From NCBI GenBank assembly GCA_045603085.1, contig JAZULL010000132.1, positions 10,575 to 74,574 of the forward strand: 64,000 bases of DNA. The letters are read 5' to 3'. Numbering within the stretch: position 1 is the stretch's first letter; the number at the start of each line of letters is the position of its first letter. The notes beneath the pieces are model-generated. The model searched no databases. It worked only from the letters and a program-made list of their open reading frames with translations, and was not told the DNA's origin. The DNA comes from Eubacteriales bacterium. Its GTDB lineage: Bacteria; Bacillota; Clostridia; Oscillospirales; CAG-272. Positions 18,401-26,700 of the stretch are shown piece by piece. Made by a program: the position numbers and the translations under genes.

Positions 18401-19746
18401 TCATTGACAGGGGTCTGAGAGTTGGGGGTCAGTTTGCCACCTTCGGGGCAGGAGGTCTGGGTGACGGTATAGACGCCGTCAGAGAGCGTTACCTCCAGCT
18501 TGCCGCTGGTCTCATGCGCCGGCAGGATATAGCCGAACACACCCGCATCCTTAATATCAAAGCCGACGTATTCGCAAGTGGACCAATCCACGCCGTCAAG
18601 CGAGTCGTGCGTGCCCTTTGCATCCTTGACGATCAGAGAGCTGACCGTGTCGGCAGCGATCTCGGTCACCATACCCAAGGTCTCGATGCCGCTTACCGGT
18701 GCGGTAGCAACAAAATGAAGCACCTGATTGAGCTTATCCGAATAGGTATGGAATGTTCTGTCCAGCAAAACGGCAGGAGCATCCGAGCTGACCTTGACGC
18801 CCTTGATATCCTTGATCTCAACCGTCTCACCCGACGTACCGATATCGAAGCGGAAGCCGGTGACCTTGCCTGTATAGTCGGTCACGCCGTCCAGCATCAC
18901 CGTATACGTCTGCCATTCGCCGTTAGCCGACATGCTGAATTTGACCTGCTGATCGGCATTATGAGAGGAGTACGAGCCTGCCACAAGGTACAGCTGTCCC
19001 TCGGTGGAATTGGTGCATTTGACCGAGAACTGCAATGCATTGTATTCGGTAGCCTCAAAGCTCAGTCGGGAGTTGTTTTTATCCGCAAGCAGATATACGT
19101 ATGGATCCATGCCACCTGCTACGTAGGAGATCAGACCGTCGGCAGTCGTAGTCAGACCTTCCACGTCGTTGCCACGCACGTTGCTCTTTTTATAAGAAAG
19201 CTCATGCGTTGCGCTGATCTGCGCGCCACCCATAAAATTCTGATCAAGCAGATGGATATCATAATAATAGTAGCCTAAGCGATAAATATTGGCGCGCGCC
19301 GAGGCAGTAGTATCGGAAGCATAGTAAACCTTTCCATCCTCCATTTTGATAAACGCGTCCATGGTATTTTGCAAGTAAGCATTCCCCGATGCACTTTTGA
19401 TCGCACCTACCTTGGGGCCTTGCGCGGCAGACAGCACGTAATCAAGGCTCATGTTGCCGTTGATGATGCGATATCCCGTGCGCGCGGCATCGGAATAATA
19501 CGCCTGCACCGCGCCCGCCTGCCGGTTGGCATACATGATGGAATCGGCATACGGTCCCTCGATCACGGGCTCAACCCATTCGGGATCCTGACCGGGATTT
19601 TGTTCTGTTCCCTGTTCGGTCCCATCCGTGGTATCGGTGGGATCCTTTTCGGGGTCCTGATTTCTGTTGCGGCAGGACGACAGGCCGCCGCCAACAAGCA
19701 ACAGCGACATGCAAAGTCCAAGCGTAAGGATGCGGGTGTACTTCAT
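15493..19746 (-). CDS. very large secreted lipoprotein, unknown function (one Asp-box/BNR-like motif near C-terminus)
   Basis: I trimmed the start to MKYTRILTLGLCMSLLLVGGGLSSC, a signal peptide plus lipobox (LSSC). The protein is 1417 aa. SADGGKTW matches the SxDxGxTW Asp-box. Confidence 0.75.
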   Translation of the reverse strand: MKYTRILTLGLCMSLLLVGGGLSSCRNRNQDPEKDPTDTTDGTEQGTEQNPGQDPEWVEPVIEGPYADSIMYANRQAGAVQAYYSDAARTGYRIINGNMSLDYVLSAAQGPKVGAIKSASGNAYLQNTMDAFIKMEDGKVYYASDTTASARANIYRLGYYYYDIHLLDQNFMGGAQISATHELSYKKSNVRGNDVEGLTTTADGLISYVAGGMDPYVYLLADKNNSRLSFEATEYNALQFSVKCTNSTEGQLYLVAGSYSSHNADQQVKFSMSANGEWQTYTVMLDGVTDYTGKVTGFRFDIGTSGETVEIKDIKGVKVSSDAPAVLLDRTFHTYSDKLNQVLHFVATAPVSGIETLGMVTEIAADTVSSLIVKDAKGTHDSLDGVDWSTCEYVGFDIKDAGVFGYILPAHETSGKLEVTLSDGVYTVTQTSCPEGGKLTPNSQTPVNDFYMGHRLYTDENHSFDAFVAAAEAERHPLEAVGGDTYLGYDALRGAYKFEIGGSGFNEPFFTEQNRHYSCDVSFKGDGSDRNIYVYTYFTGGCGENALILDENQMLLPIPTMICKNFKGENEEPIFDAGDASYSETYFPLTVKAGETCKVTVLNLYMNWGQVPLKQLSSIQYFWPYYHLSLGTTETSCISPWYGARDLWTLPDFRSMSMPYWFELPEGAGYGNQPQHTHGGFQYFLQYTDANGKYSATENYHNDIDSSGPVYTDVKMDYISDDGRIKVSYNHVELPETDELRAYYEINYEILEDVTVADFAKDFSFYSFEGYAGTYTKIGYLGENNKPVSGKVNASATPEVIKLGDQCPYVALYDLATTADSFVNNNVNIGFVIYDSEINIGGKTSDAGFVVVGQNSKYSLSLDLGNVTLKAGDTIKLCMIISPWGFYDSTDDGNMQKIRKNTCLDRLQATVADGELISCTYMPKIRTTNGKSVEFTVSGSSNNKVVRVYGFDKLTAPVIYEKIDGEWVRYEVSSKNTPDLKGNAHAYDGYTVYYDRDGTYSYAFAFDMDGAQSRTFKIVADTDFAGWEEGDNSASRIALDVLVTPAELQQRIAAGKGFGQTGVQEDGAYIRIFGSGDGAGEAFFDAYKASASTSVGQYLVVKYRIPKANTDTFEFEFFSSTEHSGAQAGASFYARELLRDGEWHVLIVDMSAQSLPTFGADANGNYAPQYLRFDVFNTPMSADCYVDIAYVGIANSLTDICRHNGSGKGELYEGGNVVNALDFSTGMTANPGGAADTVYDYVDFSSGWNVSDVRYMGRIDFINGTGDGNGAYDSRGTASDSPLDKIEYCGTTVDGSVLAIAGWAVAEGGIDKYMWSADGGKTWQECSLYNTAAFGGLVAGQGIAAAADNFFAASGYDVMENPDKIVFQGAEGRPSGVSADLSAYAGQIVDVVFALVPASDSDGLCIITVIEQVQVEG

Positions 19747-19894
19747 AATGGTATCCCCTTTCATAAAAATCAATGTGTTACCTATATTTTACATGATACC
19801 GCATATAAATGTCAATCGGTTATGAGGATTTCGTGCAATATCGGCGTTTTTACCAATCCCTTTTGATGCTTGGTTTTATTTCACTATGGCACTT

Positions 19895-19929
19895 CAAGAA
19901 AGCCCCACGGCCAAACGTCGGCCGTGGGG
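19895..19929 (-). terminator. probable intrinsic terminator
   Basis: A 10-bp stem CCCCACGGCC/GGCCGTGGGG is followed by CTTTCTT on the minus strand. It lies just after the oxidoreductase stop. Confidence 0.55.
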
Positions 19930-19936
19930 TATCGTA

Positions 19937-20890
19937 TTATTTGGATGCGTAGACCTCTCTGATGGTATCAATGACAGCTTCCAGCTCGCCCGGCTGAACC
20001 ATTTCGGGCATCTTGCCCTCCTTAACACAGTCAACGAAGTAGCGCAGCTCATTGTAGTAGCCGTCCGACTGCGGCACGTAGCAGCCTTCCTCGATATTGC
20101 TGGCCGTGTTCATATCCTCGCATGTCCAGTCTTCCTTGTAGATCTTAAGACCCATGCCGTTGAATTCCAGCACGGCGTGCTCAAACTGCATGCGGAAGGT
20201 GGCTGCGAACTGTACGGGGGCGTGGAACCATGCCGCCTCGCAGGCTATGCGCGCCTCGTCGAAGCGATATACCGTGTGCATATAGTCCATGCCGTGGAAA
20301 ACGTGCTCGATCTCGGGCTTGCCCATGGTATAGATCAGGAAATCCAGGTCGTGGATATGCAGATCAAAAGGAACCATGCCGCTGCGGCTGGCATCCTGCA
20401 TCCAGTTATCCCAGCTGACCGTGGGGATCGCACCGATACGCGTCATGGTACCGCTGACCAGCTTGCCAAAGCGGCCGCTGTCCATACAATCCTTGAGATA
20501 TACGTATTCCGGCCACCAGCGCAGCACCTGCGCCACCATAAAGCACTTGCCGTTGTCCTTCGCCGCGCCGTAAACGCGCGCTACGTCCTCTCTCTTAAGC
20601 GAGATCGGCTTTTCCGAGACAACGTGAATACCGCGGGAGAGTGCCTTGACCGCGTAATCGGCATGCATATACGTAGGCAGGGTGATATCCAGAATGTCGA
20701 TCTGCTCGTTTGCCAGCATCTCGTCAAAATCCGTGTATTTCTTTGCGGTGATCTGGCCGTCATAGCGGTCCATCATTTCGGGGCGAATGTCGCAGATCGC
20801 AACAAGCTCCACGTCCTCCATGCGATTCCATGCGGAAACGTGTACCGGGCTGATGCCGCCCATACCAATCTCGGCTACTTTGAGTTTCAT
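19937..20890 (-). CDS. Gfo/Idh/MocA family NAD(P)-dependent oxidoreductase
   Basis: MKLKVAEIGMGGISPVH is the Rossmann GxGxxS/G motif, and the length and layout fit the family. I trimmed the start to the ATG at 20890. Confidence 0.8.
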   Translation of the reverse strand: MKLKVAEIGMGGISPVHVSAWNRMEDVELVAICDIRPEMMDRYDGQITAKKYTDFDEMLANEQIDILDITLPTYMHADYAVKALSRGIHVVSEKPISLKREDVARVYGAAKDNGKCFMVAQVLRWWPEYVYLKDCMDSGRFGKLVSGTMTRIGAIPTVSWDNWMQDASRSGMVPFDLHIHDLDFLIYTMGKPEIEHVFHGMDYMHTVYRFDEARIACEAAWFHAPVQFAATFRMQFEHAVLEFNGMGLKIYKEDWTCEDMNTASNIEEGCYVPQSDGYYNELRYFVDCVKEGKMPEMVQPGELEAVIDTIREVYASK

Positions 20891-21056
20891 AATTGTAGTT
20901 CCTTTCCAAATTGCGGGATCAAAGCTCCGCGTTTTATTGTCAAAAAACAGTATATCACAATTTGTTTGCAATGTCAATTGATCGGACAAGTGTTCTTATA
21001 AATTTATCTCGTTTTGAATCAAATTATGCCAATTTGCATTTCGGGGTGAGTGTACC

Positions 21057-21085
21057 TTGCCATTGATTGCAGGTTGTATTATAAT
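21057..21085 (+). promoter_or_regulatory. near-consensus sigma-70 promoter
   Basis: TTGCCA-17 nt-TATAAT. Confidence 0.6.
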
Positions 21086-21090
21086 TAGTA

Positions 21091-21155
21091 GCCGTACGGG
21101 AGTCGAACCGAATTGCCCGACGGCGATGAATTTTCGCACCTTTTGGCGCGCTTTT
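21091..21155 (+). promoter_or_regulatory. structured leader: long hairpin followed by a small terminator-like hairpin
   Basis: The first hairpin is GCCGTaCGGG...CCCGACGGC (21091-21124). It is followed by CGCACC-tttt-GGCGCG plus CTTTT (21135-21155), about 60 nt before the RBS GGAGG. Confidence 0.4.
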
Positions 21156-21215
21156 ACTCGCAAGATAGTACGGAAATATGATTATCAAATTGCAAGTACA
21201 ACATGGAGGTGGATT

Positions 21216-21509
21216 ATGGCTGTAATGAAAAGTAGCGACGGAAACGATCTGATGCTGGACTGTCGCTGTGGATGCTGCAGCGGACTGAGATTCAAGATCG
21301 ATAAGTATTCTGATGACGGTTATGGATTAATCACCTATACCAGCGGAAACTTCTACACAGAGCAGGATCATACAGTCTGGGCTGTATGGAAAAAGAAGAT
21401 CAGGAAGATCTGGCGGATTCTCCGAGGCAAGGACTATTGCTATAGCGAGGTATTGCTGAGCAAGTGCGAGATGGAGGAATTCAAGGAGTATCTGCTGAGT
21501 CTGGAGTGA
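21216..21509 (+). CDS. small hypothetical protein (97 aa, CxCxCC motif)
   Basis: GGAGGTGGATT-ATG start. The protein reads MAVMKSSDGNDLMLDCRCGCCSGLRF.... I recognise no family. Confidence 0.55.
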   Translation: MAVMKSSDGNDLMLDCRCGCCSGLRFKIDKYSDDGYGLITYTSGNFYTEQDHTVWAVWKKKIRKIWRILRGKDYCYSEVLLSKCEMEEFKEYLLSLE

Positions 21510-21542
21510 TTGGACAACGGCAAAAAATACCGCTTCGTTTTT

Positions 21543-21746
21543 GGCGTGATACTCTTAACGGTGTATCACGCCAGTTCTATTCGCCTGTGGCGAGTGATAT
21601 TGCTGACGCAGTTATATTCGGCATATGCCGAGTGGTATTCGCTTCGCGAGTTTCAGGGCGAATGGAATATCACTGAAGCCGCAAGGCTTCAATATCACTA
21701 TTGCGCAAGCAATAATATCACTCTTTGCGAGAGCAAAGAATATCAC
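21543..21746 (+). repeat. array of short hairpins joined by conserved (A)ATATCAC linkers
   Basis: ATATCAC occurs at 21667, 21692, 21715 and 21740, a 23-25 nt period. Between copies lie TGAAGCC-GCAA-GGCTTCA, TATTGC-GCAA-GCAATA and TCTTTGC-GAGA-GCAAAGA. Upstream are ATTCGC...GCGAAT, CGGCATATGCCG and GGCGTGATAC...GTATCACGCC. The inverted copy GTGATAT is at 21594. Confidence 0.8.
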
Positions 21747-21753
21747 TAAAAAA

Positions 21754-21810
21754 CAGAGAAGAGAGAGTTCACGAAATTTTGTAACCGTGTTACTCTCTCT
21801 TCTGCTTTTA
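21754..21810 (+). terminator. intrinsic terminator with large loop
   Basis: CAGAGAAGAGAGAG...CTCTCTCTTCTG followed by CTTTTATT. Confidence 0.65.
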
Positions 21811-22080
21811 TTGCCAGTTTCGCATTTGTTTAACAAACGCATCGGGCGATTCCCATACCCTTATTTTATTTCTCCGATAAGGACAACAGCCATTATACGA
21901 AGCGGTATTTTTATATTCTGACCGTTGCCATTCCGTCCTCTGCATAGGCGATACGGTTGCCGCGCGCATTCAGCGCATCCACGTATGCAAGATATGCCTC
22001 CTTGGAGTCAAAGAGCGGCTTGAATAATCTTTTCCATATCCACACCAACCTTATTTATAGTATGCATTGCATTCTCTTGA

Positions 22081-22383
22081 TCAATACCTGAGCGATCTTG
22101 GCGTGATGCGGATGCGCGGCGGAATCACAACGTAATCACTGTACGGATCGATCACCACGCCCCAATAATGGGTATAAGGATTGGAATCTATCGATTGCAT
22201 CATGTCTTTCAAGGTCCCCTTGATAATGACGTGTTGCATACCGTTCAGCTCCAAATAACTCTGACACGCCTCAAGCGTGGTAAACGCAGTCTGATAATCA
22301 CCCGGAAACTGCTCGTTTTTCATCGCGTTGCTATAGCCGAAGAGAGCCGAGCTCATACGCCCTGCGGCGAGCAATTTCCGCAT
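22081..22383 (-). CDS. hypothetical protein (100 aa)
   Basis: I trimmed the start to MRKLLAAG, 13 nt after the upstream stop. The 230-aa track ORF overlaps the upstream gene out of frame. Confidence 0.5.
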   Translation of the reverse strand: MRKLLAAGRMSSALFGYSNAMKNEQFPGDYQTAFTTLEACQSYLELNGMQHVIIKGTLKDMMQSIDSNPYTHYWGVVIDPYSDYVVIPPRIRITPRSLRY

Positions 22384-22396
22384 CTTTCGGCGTGCT

Positions 22397-23314
22397 TTAG
22401 CTCGCAAGATTAGTATCTTGCTTCGCAAAATCCCACCAAAATCTATCAAAAATTGCAACGCCGGAGGGTGCTTCGCAGTTTTGAGTGAGCAAATATTTGG
22501 CAGATGCAAAGAGAATTTTTGAAGCAATATAAGATATTGCGAGAAATTTATCTGTAGCAGGTGCGAATATTTGCCTCTCAAAACCGTGTGAGTTCGACTC
22601 TCTTCGGCTATACCACTTTCCATTTTCCCTTTGTGTGAATGGCACAAAATAATACAGCGTCTTTCTGTAATTGAGGTCAACAAATTCCTGAATCCCGATC
22701 TGCTGGGAAATAGCCAGATCAATTGTTTCCGCCCAGACTTGATCGGGTGACTTAAAACGATCACGCCATCCACCGCGCTGTCGAAGGTGCAGATCCCCGC
22801 CCTCGGCCAGAGGCTTCCACTTGCGCCATATCAATTGCTCGGGATCGATCAGCGTGTTTTTGATGTAACGGATGCGGCGGTCATCCCCATCTCTCTCCAT
22901 ATCAAAAACAATTTGAAACCGCCCTCCCTCAATCTCGGTCAGGTCATACCAAAACGGTGCGCAGAAATGGAAGATTGCAAACTTTTTTGCGTCAAGATCG
23001 ATCACCAAAACAAAACGCTTGCCATAACGGTACAAGGCTTTGAGGAACAACAGCTTGCCGTCCTTGCTGAATTTGGCGTACGGTTCGAAGTTAACGTACG
23101 GAATATGCAACAGCAGCTCCGGATTTTCCTTGTTTTGAAAGATCGCGCAAAAGCCGAGATAATACATCATACTAACCTCGGTGACAGAATAAATCAAGCA
23201 TGCGCGCGACTCGTCCCCGGACTCGGTCAGATAGTCTTTACAATCCTTCATCACCTCGCGATTTTCCCATCGCGGCAAGCTTTCAAAGTCATATTCCCAA
23301 CCCGCAATATTCAT
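22397..23314 (-). CDS. hypothetical protein (305 aa), no recognisable motif
   Basis: Single long ORF expressed from the consensus promoter at 23350-23378. The Trp/Phe-rich soluble protein resembles immunity-protein-like orphans, but that is only an impression. Confidence 0.6.
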   Translation of the reverse strand: MNIAGWEYDFESLPRWENREVMKDCKDYLTESGDESRACLIYSVTEVSMMYYLGFCAIFQNKENPELLLHIPYVNFEPYAKFSKDGKLLFLKALYRYGKRFVLVIDLDAKKFAIFHFCAPFWYDLTEIEGGRFQIVFDMERDGDDRRIRYIKNTLIDPEQLIWRKWKPLAEGGDLHLRQRGGWRDRFKSPDQVWAETIDLAISQQIGIQEFVDLNYRKTLYYFVPFTQRENGKWYSRRESNSHGFERQIFAPATDKFLAISYIASKILFASAKYLLTQNCEAPSGVAIFDRFWWDFAKQDTNLAS

Positions 23315-23349
23315 AAATACTTATCCTCATCGCATCAATCATTGCTTTC

Positions 23350-23378
23350 ATTATAGCACACGCACCTCTTGCTGTCAA
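23350..23378 (-). promoter_or_regulatory. perfect consensus sigma-70 promoter
   Basis: The minus strand reads TTGACA-17 nt-TATAAT. The -35 lies inside the palindrome CTGTCAAGTTGACAG. Confidence 0.65.
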
Positions 23379-23400
23379 GTTGACAGACTAATACGCACAA

Positions 23401-23588
23401 TCACGGCGAAGGCGTGTATGGAATCCGCAGCTTGCCTGCGGTATGTAATTGCACCGAAGGTGCGTATGGAATCAAACCGCAGGTTGTCGAAATAATGCAC
23501 GCTTGCGCGTGATACCATGCGCGACTGCGTCGTATTTCCATACATTGCGCAAGCGCGCTGATGACATGCCAAGCCTGCGGCTTGGATA
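23401..23588. repeat. cluster of about 8 short GC-rich hairpins separated by AT-rich linkers (TATGGAAT/TATGTAAT)
   Basis: Hairpins include CCGCAG-cttgc-CTGCGG, GCACC-gaa-GGTGC, CACGC-ttgc-GCGTG, CGAC-tgc-GTCG, GCGCaaGCGC and CCAAGCC-tgc-GGCTTGG. TATGGAAT occurs twice, TATGTAAT once, and an inverted near-copy TTTCCATA once. Confidence 0.7.
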
Positions 23589-23589
23589 G

Positions 23590-23618
23590 AAAAAAGCAGG
23601 TCAATGACCTGCTTTTTT
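23590..23618 (-). terminator. intrinsic terminator after the 2034-aa gene (bidirectional shape)
   Basis: AAAAAA-GCAGGTC-aat-GACCTGC-TTTTTT. Confidence 0.8.
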
Positions 23619-23703
23619 CTTGGCTCTCCTTTGAGAGTGTAAGTTGAACCGCGTGATACAGTCGCTATGCAAAATAACGCTTGTTTTTGCGGTGTTATCA
23701 ATA

Positions 23704-26700
23704 TTACACCTTTTTCTTACGGATGACCAACAAATAGACCGCTACACCGCCACCGATCAGTGCTGCCGCAACGATCGCTACGATCCAGACCCACGTGTAG
23801 CTTGCGGGAGTGGGATCATTCGGATCATCGGGTACCGTATCGGGAGCAGTATCGGGTTCCGTGTCGGCGCCCGTATCGGTAGTATCGGTATCCTTCTCCA
23901 ATACGTCTTTGCAAGCACATACACCTTCGACCCAGTCATGCTCTACCGTCAGGATATAGCTTACGCTTGCCTCTAAATACTCGTCGGTCTGTGCCGCCGT
24001 GACGGTAATGGTGACCTGCCCTGCCTTGTGCGCGGTGATCCTGCCTGTCGCAGCATCTACAGACGCGATAGTGGGATCACTGCTGCTGTACGTTACAGCA
24101 CCCTTTGCACTGACCGGGCGAGCATCCAGCACCTGCGTGCAGGTTGCCTTGCGTTCTGATAGGTCGATCTCGATGGTCTGCTCCTGCTTTTCGGGAATGT
24201 CCGGAGCCTTTGCCTTGACCGTCAGCACATAGTACGCGCTGGTCTGCCCATACTCACCGATCGCTTCGACCACAGCGGCGACGGTAGTTGTTCCGGCGCC
24301 GATGATGGTGACCTTGCCGTTCTGATCAACCGTAGCCACGCTCTCATCCGAGCTGTGGTAAGTGATCCGGCTGCCCTCTACCGCGCCAGAAACAGTCATG
24401 GTAAAGTCCTCATCGCCTTCGGTCTTTTCTACCGAGGTGCTTTCAAAGGCAATGCTCTGCAGCTTCACATCCTCACCTACGCCTACGATCACGCCTGCGT
24501 TCAAGGACTCCACACTTGCCGATATCATCGCGTGCGCATTCTCATCAATGCCTGTTACAACGCCTCTTTGATCAACGCTTACGTTGCCCGAGATGCTTGT
24601 TACAGACCAAATAATGCGGTTTGCCATATAACTATCGGGATTGACGGTTATCATCTTTCCCTTACTCATCAATGCCATCGTCAACTGCTTACCCTCATGT
24701 TCCTCGGTCAGCTGCGAAATTGGCTGTCCGTCAAGCAGTATGATCGCACGCAGACCATCCTTTCCAAGAAGCTCGTTGGTCAACGTCAGGCTGATCTCGC
24801 GGCTCTCGTTGCCAAGGAAATTGGTTGCCTTGACAGTGATAGACTGATATGCTGCAGAGATATCCATATCCAGCGTAACCGTGAAGCTGCCGTTGGTGTC
24901 TGCGACAACCTTGACAGGCTCGCCTTCAAGCGTAACGGTGATCTGTGCATTCGGATCAGTGATACCGCTTACACATATCTGCTCGCCAAAGAAGCTGCCG
25001 TTGCCCGGAGAGGACAGCATCAGCACGGGAGAGGTTGCACGAACCGTAAAGGTATAGATGCAATCAAAGGCATCGCCCTGCGCATCCTCACCGCGAAGCA
25101 CCAGCTTGTGTCCGCCTTCGCTCAAACCTTCCAAGTAAATGGAATCTCCCTCAAATGCGATCCAATCATCCTCGCTTGTATTGAGATCGCCGCCGTCATC
25201 CAGCATATACTTGAGATTTTTCAGTGTTTCATCGCTTGTAATTTGAATAGTCACGTCACTCTTGCCTACGTAGTCCGCACCGTCAACGGTCACCTTGCCT
25301 TGTGCTGTCATAGACACGGTGGGTTTCACAGCCTCAAGCATCACAACGCCGTCACTCAGGATCTCCTCGGAGGGCAGATATACACCCTCTTCAACCTCTT
25401 TATAGGTGCGGATGCCTGCCACGTAGGTTTTTCCTGCCATGAGTCCATAAGTGATGGTTTGTGCTTCGAACATGGGCGCATCCGCGCCCTCTTGGGTGTA
25501 AGCATCCACCGTCGAGGTGTACTGACCGCCCAAGGTCAGCGTGGTCTGCCCCTTATCCATGAGCACGTCGCTGTACACGGTGGGAGCCAGGCTTCCATCC
25601 TCGCCAAGCTCGTATACCGTCACCAGATATCCGTCAAAATCGCCTGCAGGAGCGGTAACGGCTACGTCAACGGTGTAATCACCGCCAAGTGCGATCCCGT
25701 TCAAGGTGGGCTTTTCGGGCGTGTTGGGATTTTCGTATGCAAAGTTTTCAAGGGAGACAATGGGATTGGAGGTCATGTCGGCGGTTGAGCCTACCGCTGT
25801 GACGGTATAGCTTCCGCTCGGCATATTCTCCGGGTACACAAGGGTCACATTCCGGTTTGCCGCGCCCTCGTAGATCACGTATCTGCTGCCATCCTCGGCA
25901 ATCGCATAGATCACAAGACCGTCAAGTCCGGAAACGTCACCCACAAGCTCAGCCTCCGTGCCGTTGACGCTGATGCTGTCAAGGCCGGGCAGACGGGGCA
26001 TGCCGTATACGGTCGCATCAGAGATCAAAGTGGTCGTAACGGAAATCTCCTTATCAAAGCAATCCGCATCGGTCACAGTAAAGGAGATATACGCAGTTTG
26101 GGACTGCTCGTCGTAAGTAATTCTCGCGTTTGCGTCTGCATTGTCGGGGTGGTCAAGTGCCTTGGAGTCATCCACCCACACTAAGGGGTAGGATTCTCCA
26201 TCGCACACGACAGCAAAGCCTTCCTTTGCTTGCTGCATAGAGGATGCATAAATGCTGACGCTGATCAGCGCGTCCTCCTGCCCTGCCAGAGCGCCGTCAA
26301 GGGTAAAGGTATGCTGTGTCTGTGCTTCGTTGGTTGTGATAGCGGTATCACTCAAGCCGTTCTCGCTAGCCGCAAGCGACATGTAAAGCGTTCTGCCTGT
26401 GGCTGCATCTGTAGCCACGGCGCTGCGAAGTCTTGCATAAGGGCTGACGGTCGGCTCGGGAGCGTCGTATTTGCCAAGGCCGAACTCCACGTCACCGCCC
26501 CAATAGTAGGTAACGCCTGCGTCAATGCCTATGACGTGTATCGCGCCCCAGACGCGCTCCTGATTCACTCCCAGGTCTGCGCTACCCACGTTGGTATTGC
26601 CAATGGCGGGAATCCAAGCAGGGATCTTGATGCCCGCTGTTACGTAGCCTTCCCAGAAGAAGCCCTCGTCAAGCTCTTGCAGGATCAGAGAGCCGCTTCC

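Noticed and set aside
21091-21124. tRNA-like T-loop (GGTTCGACTCC on the minus strand) in the leader of the small ORF
   Set aside because: The flanking bases do not form a 5-bp T-stem or any acceptor or anticodon arm. It is better explained as the loop of a simple long hairpin.
21510-21749. 79-aa ORF over the hairpin array
   Set aside because: Its sequence (…NITEAARLQYHYCASNNITLCESKEYH) is simply the nucleotide repeat read in frame. There is no RBS, and structure conservation with stem covariation fits RNA or DNA structure better than coding.
21921-22060. Short minus-strand GC-rich frame (…KRLFKPLFDSKEAYLAYVDALNARGNRIAYAEDGMATVRI*)
   Set aside because: It spans only about 45 codons after an upstream stop and has only TTG/GTG start options with no RBS. 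It is likely the 3' relic of a displaced gene.
22384-22773. N-terminal 130 aa of the 230-aa ORF 22081..22773
   Set aside because: This part overlaps the 305-aa gene out of frame. An internal ATG 13 nt after that gene's stop gives a sensible 100-aa product.
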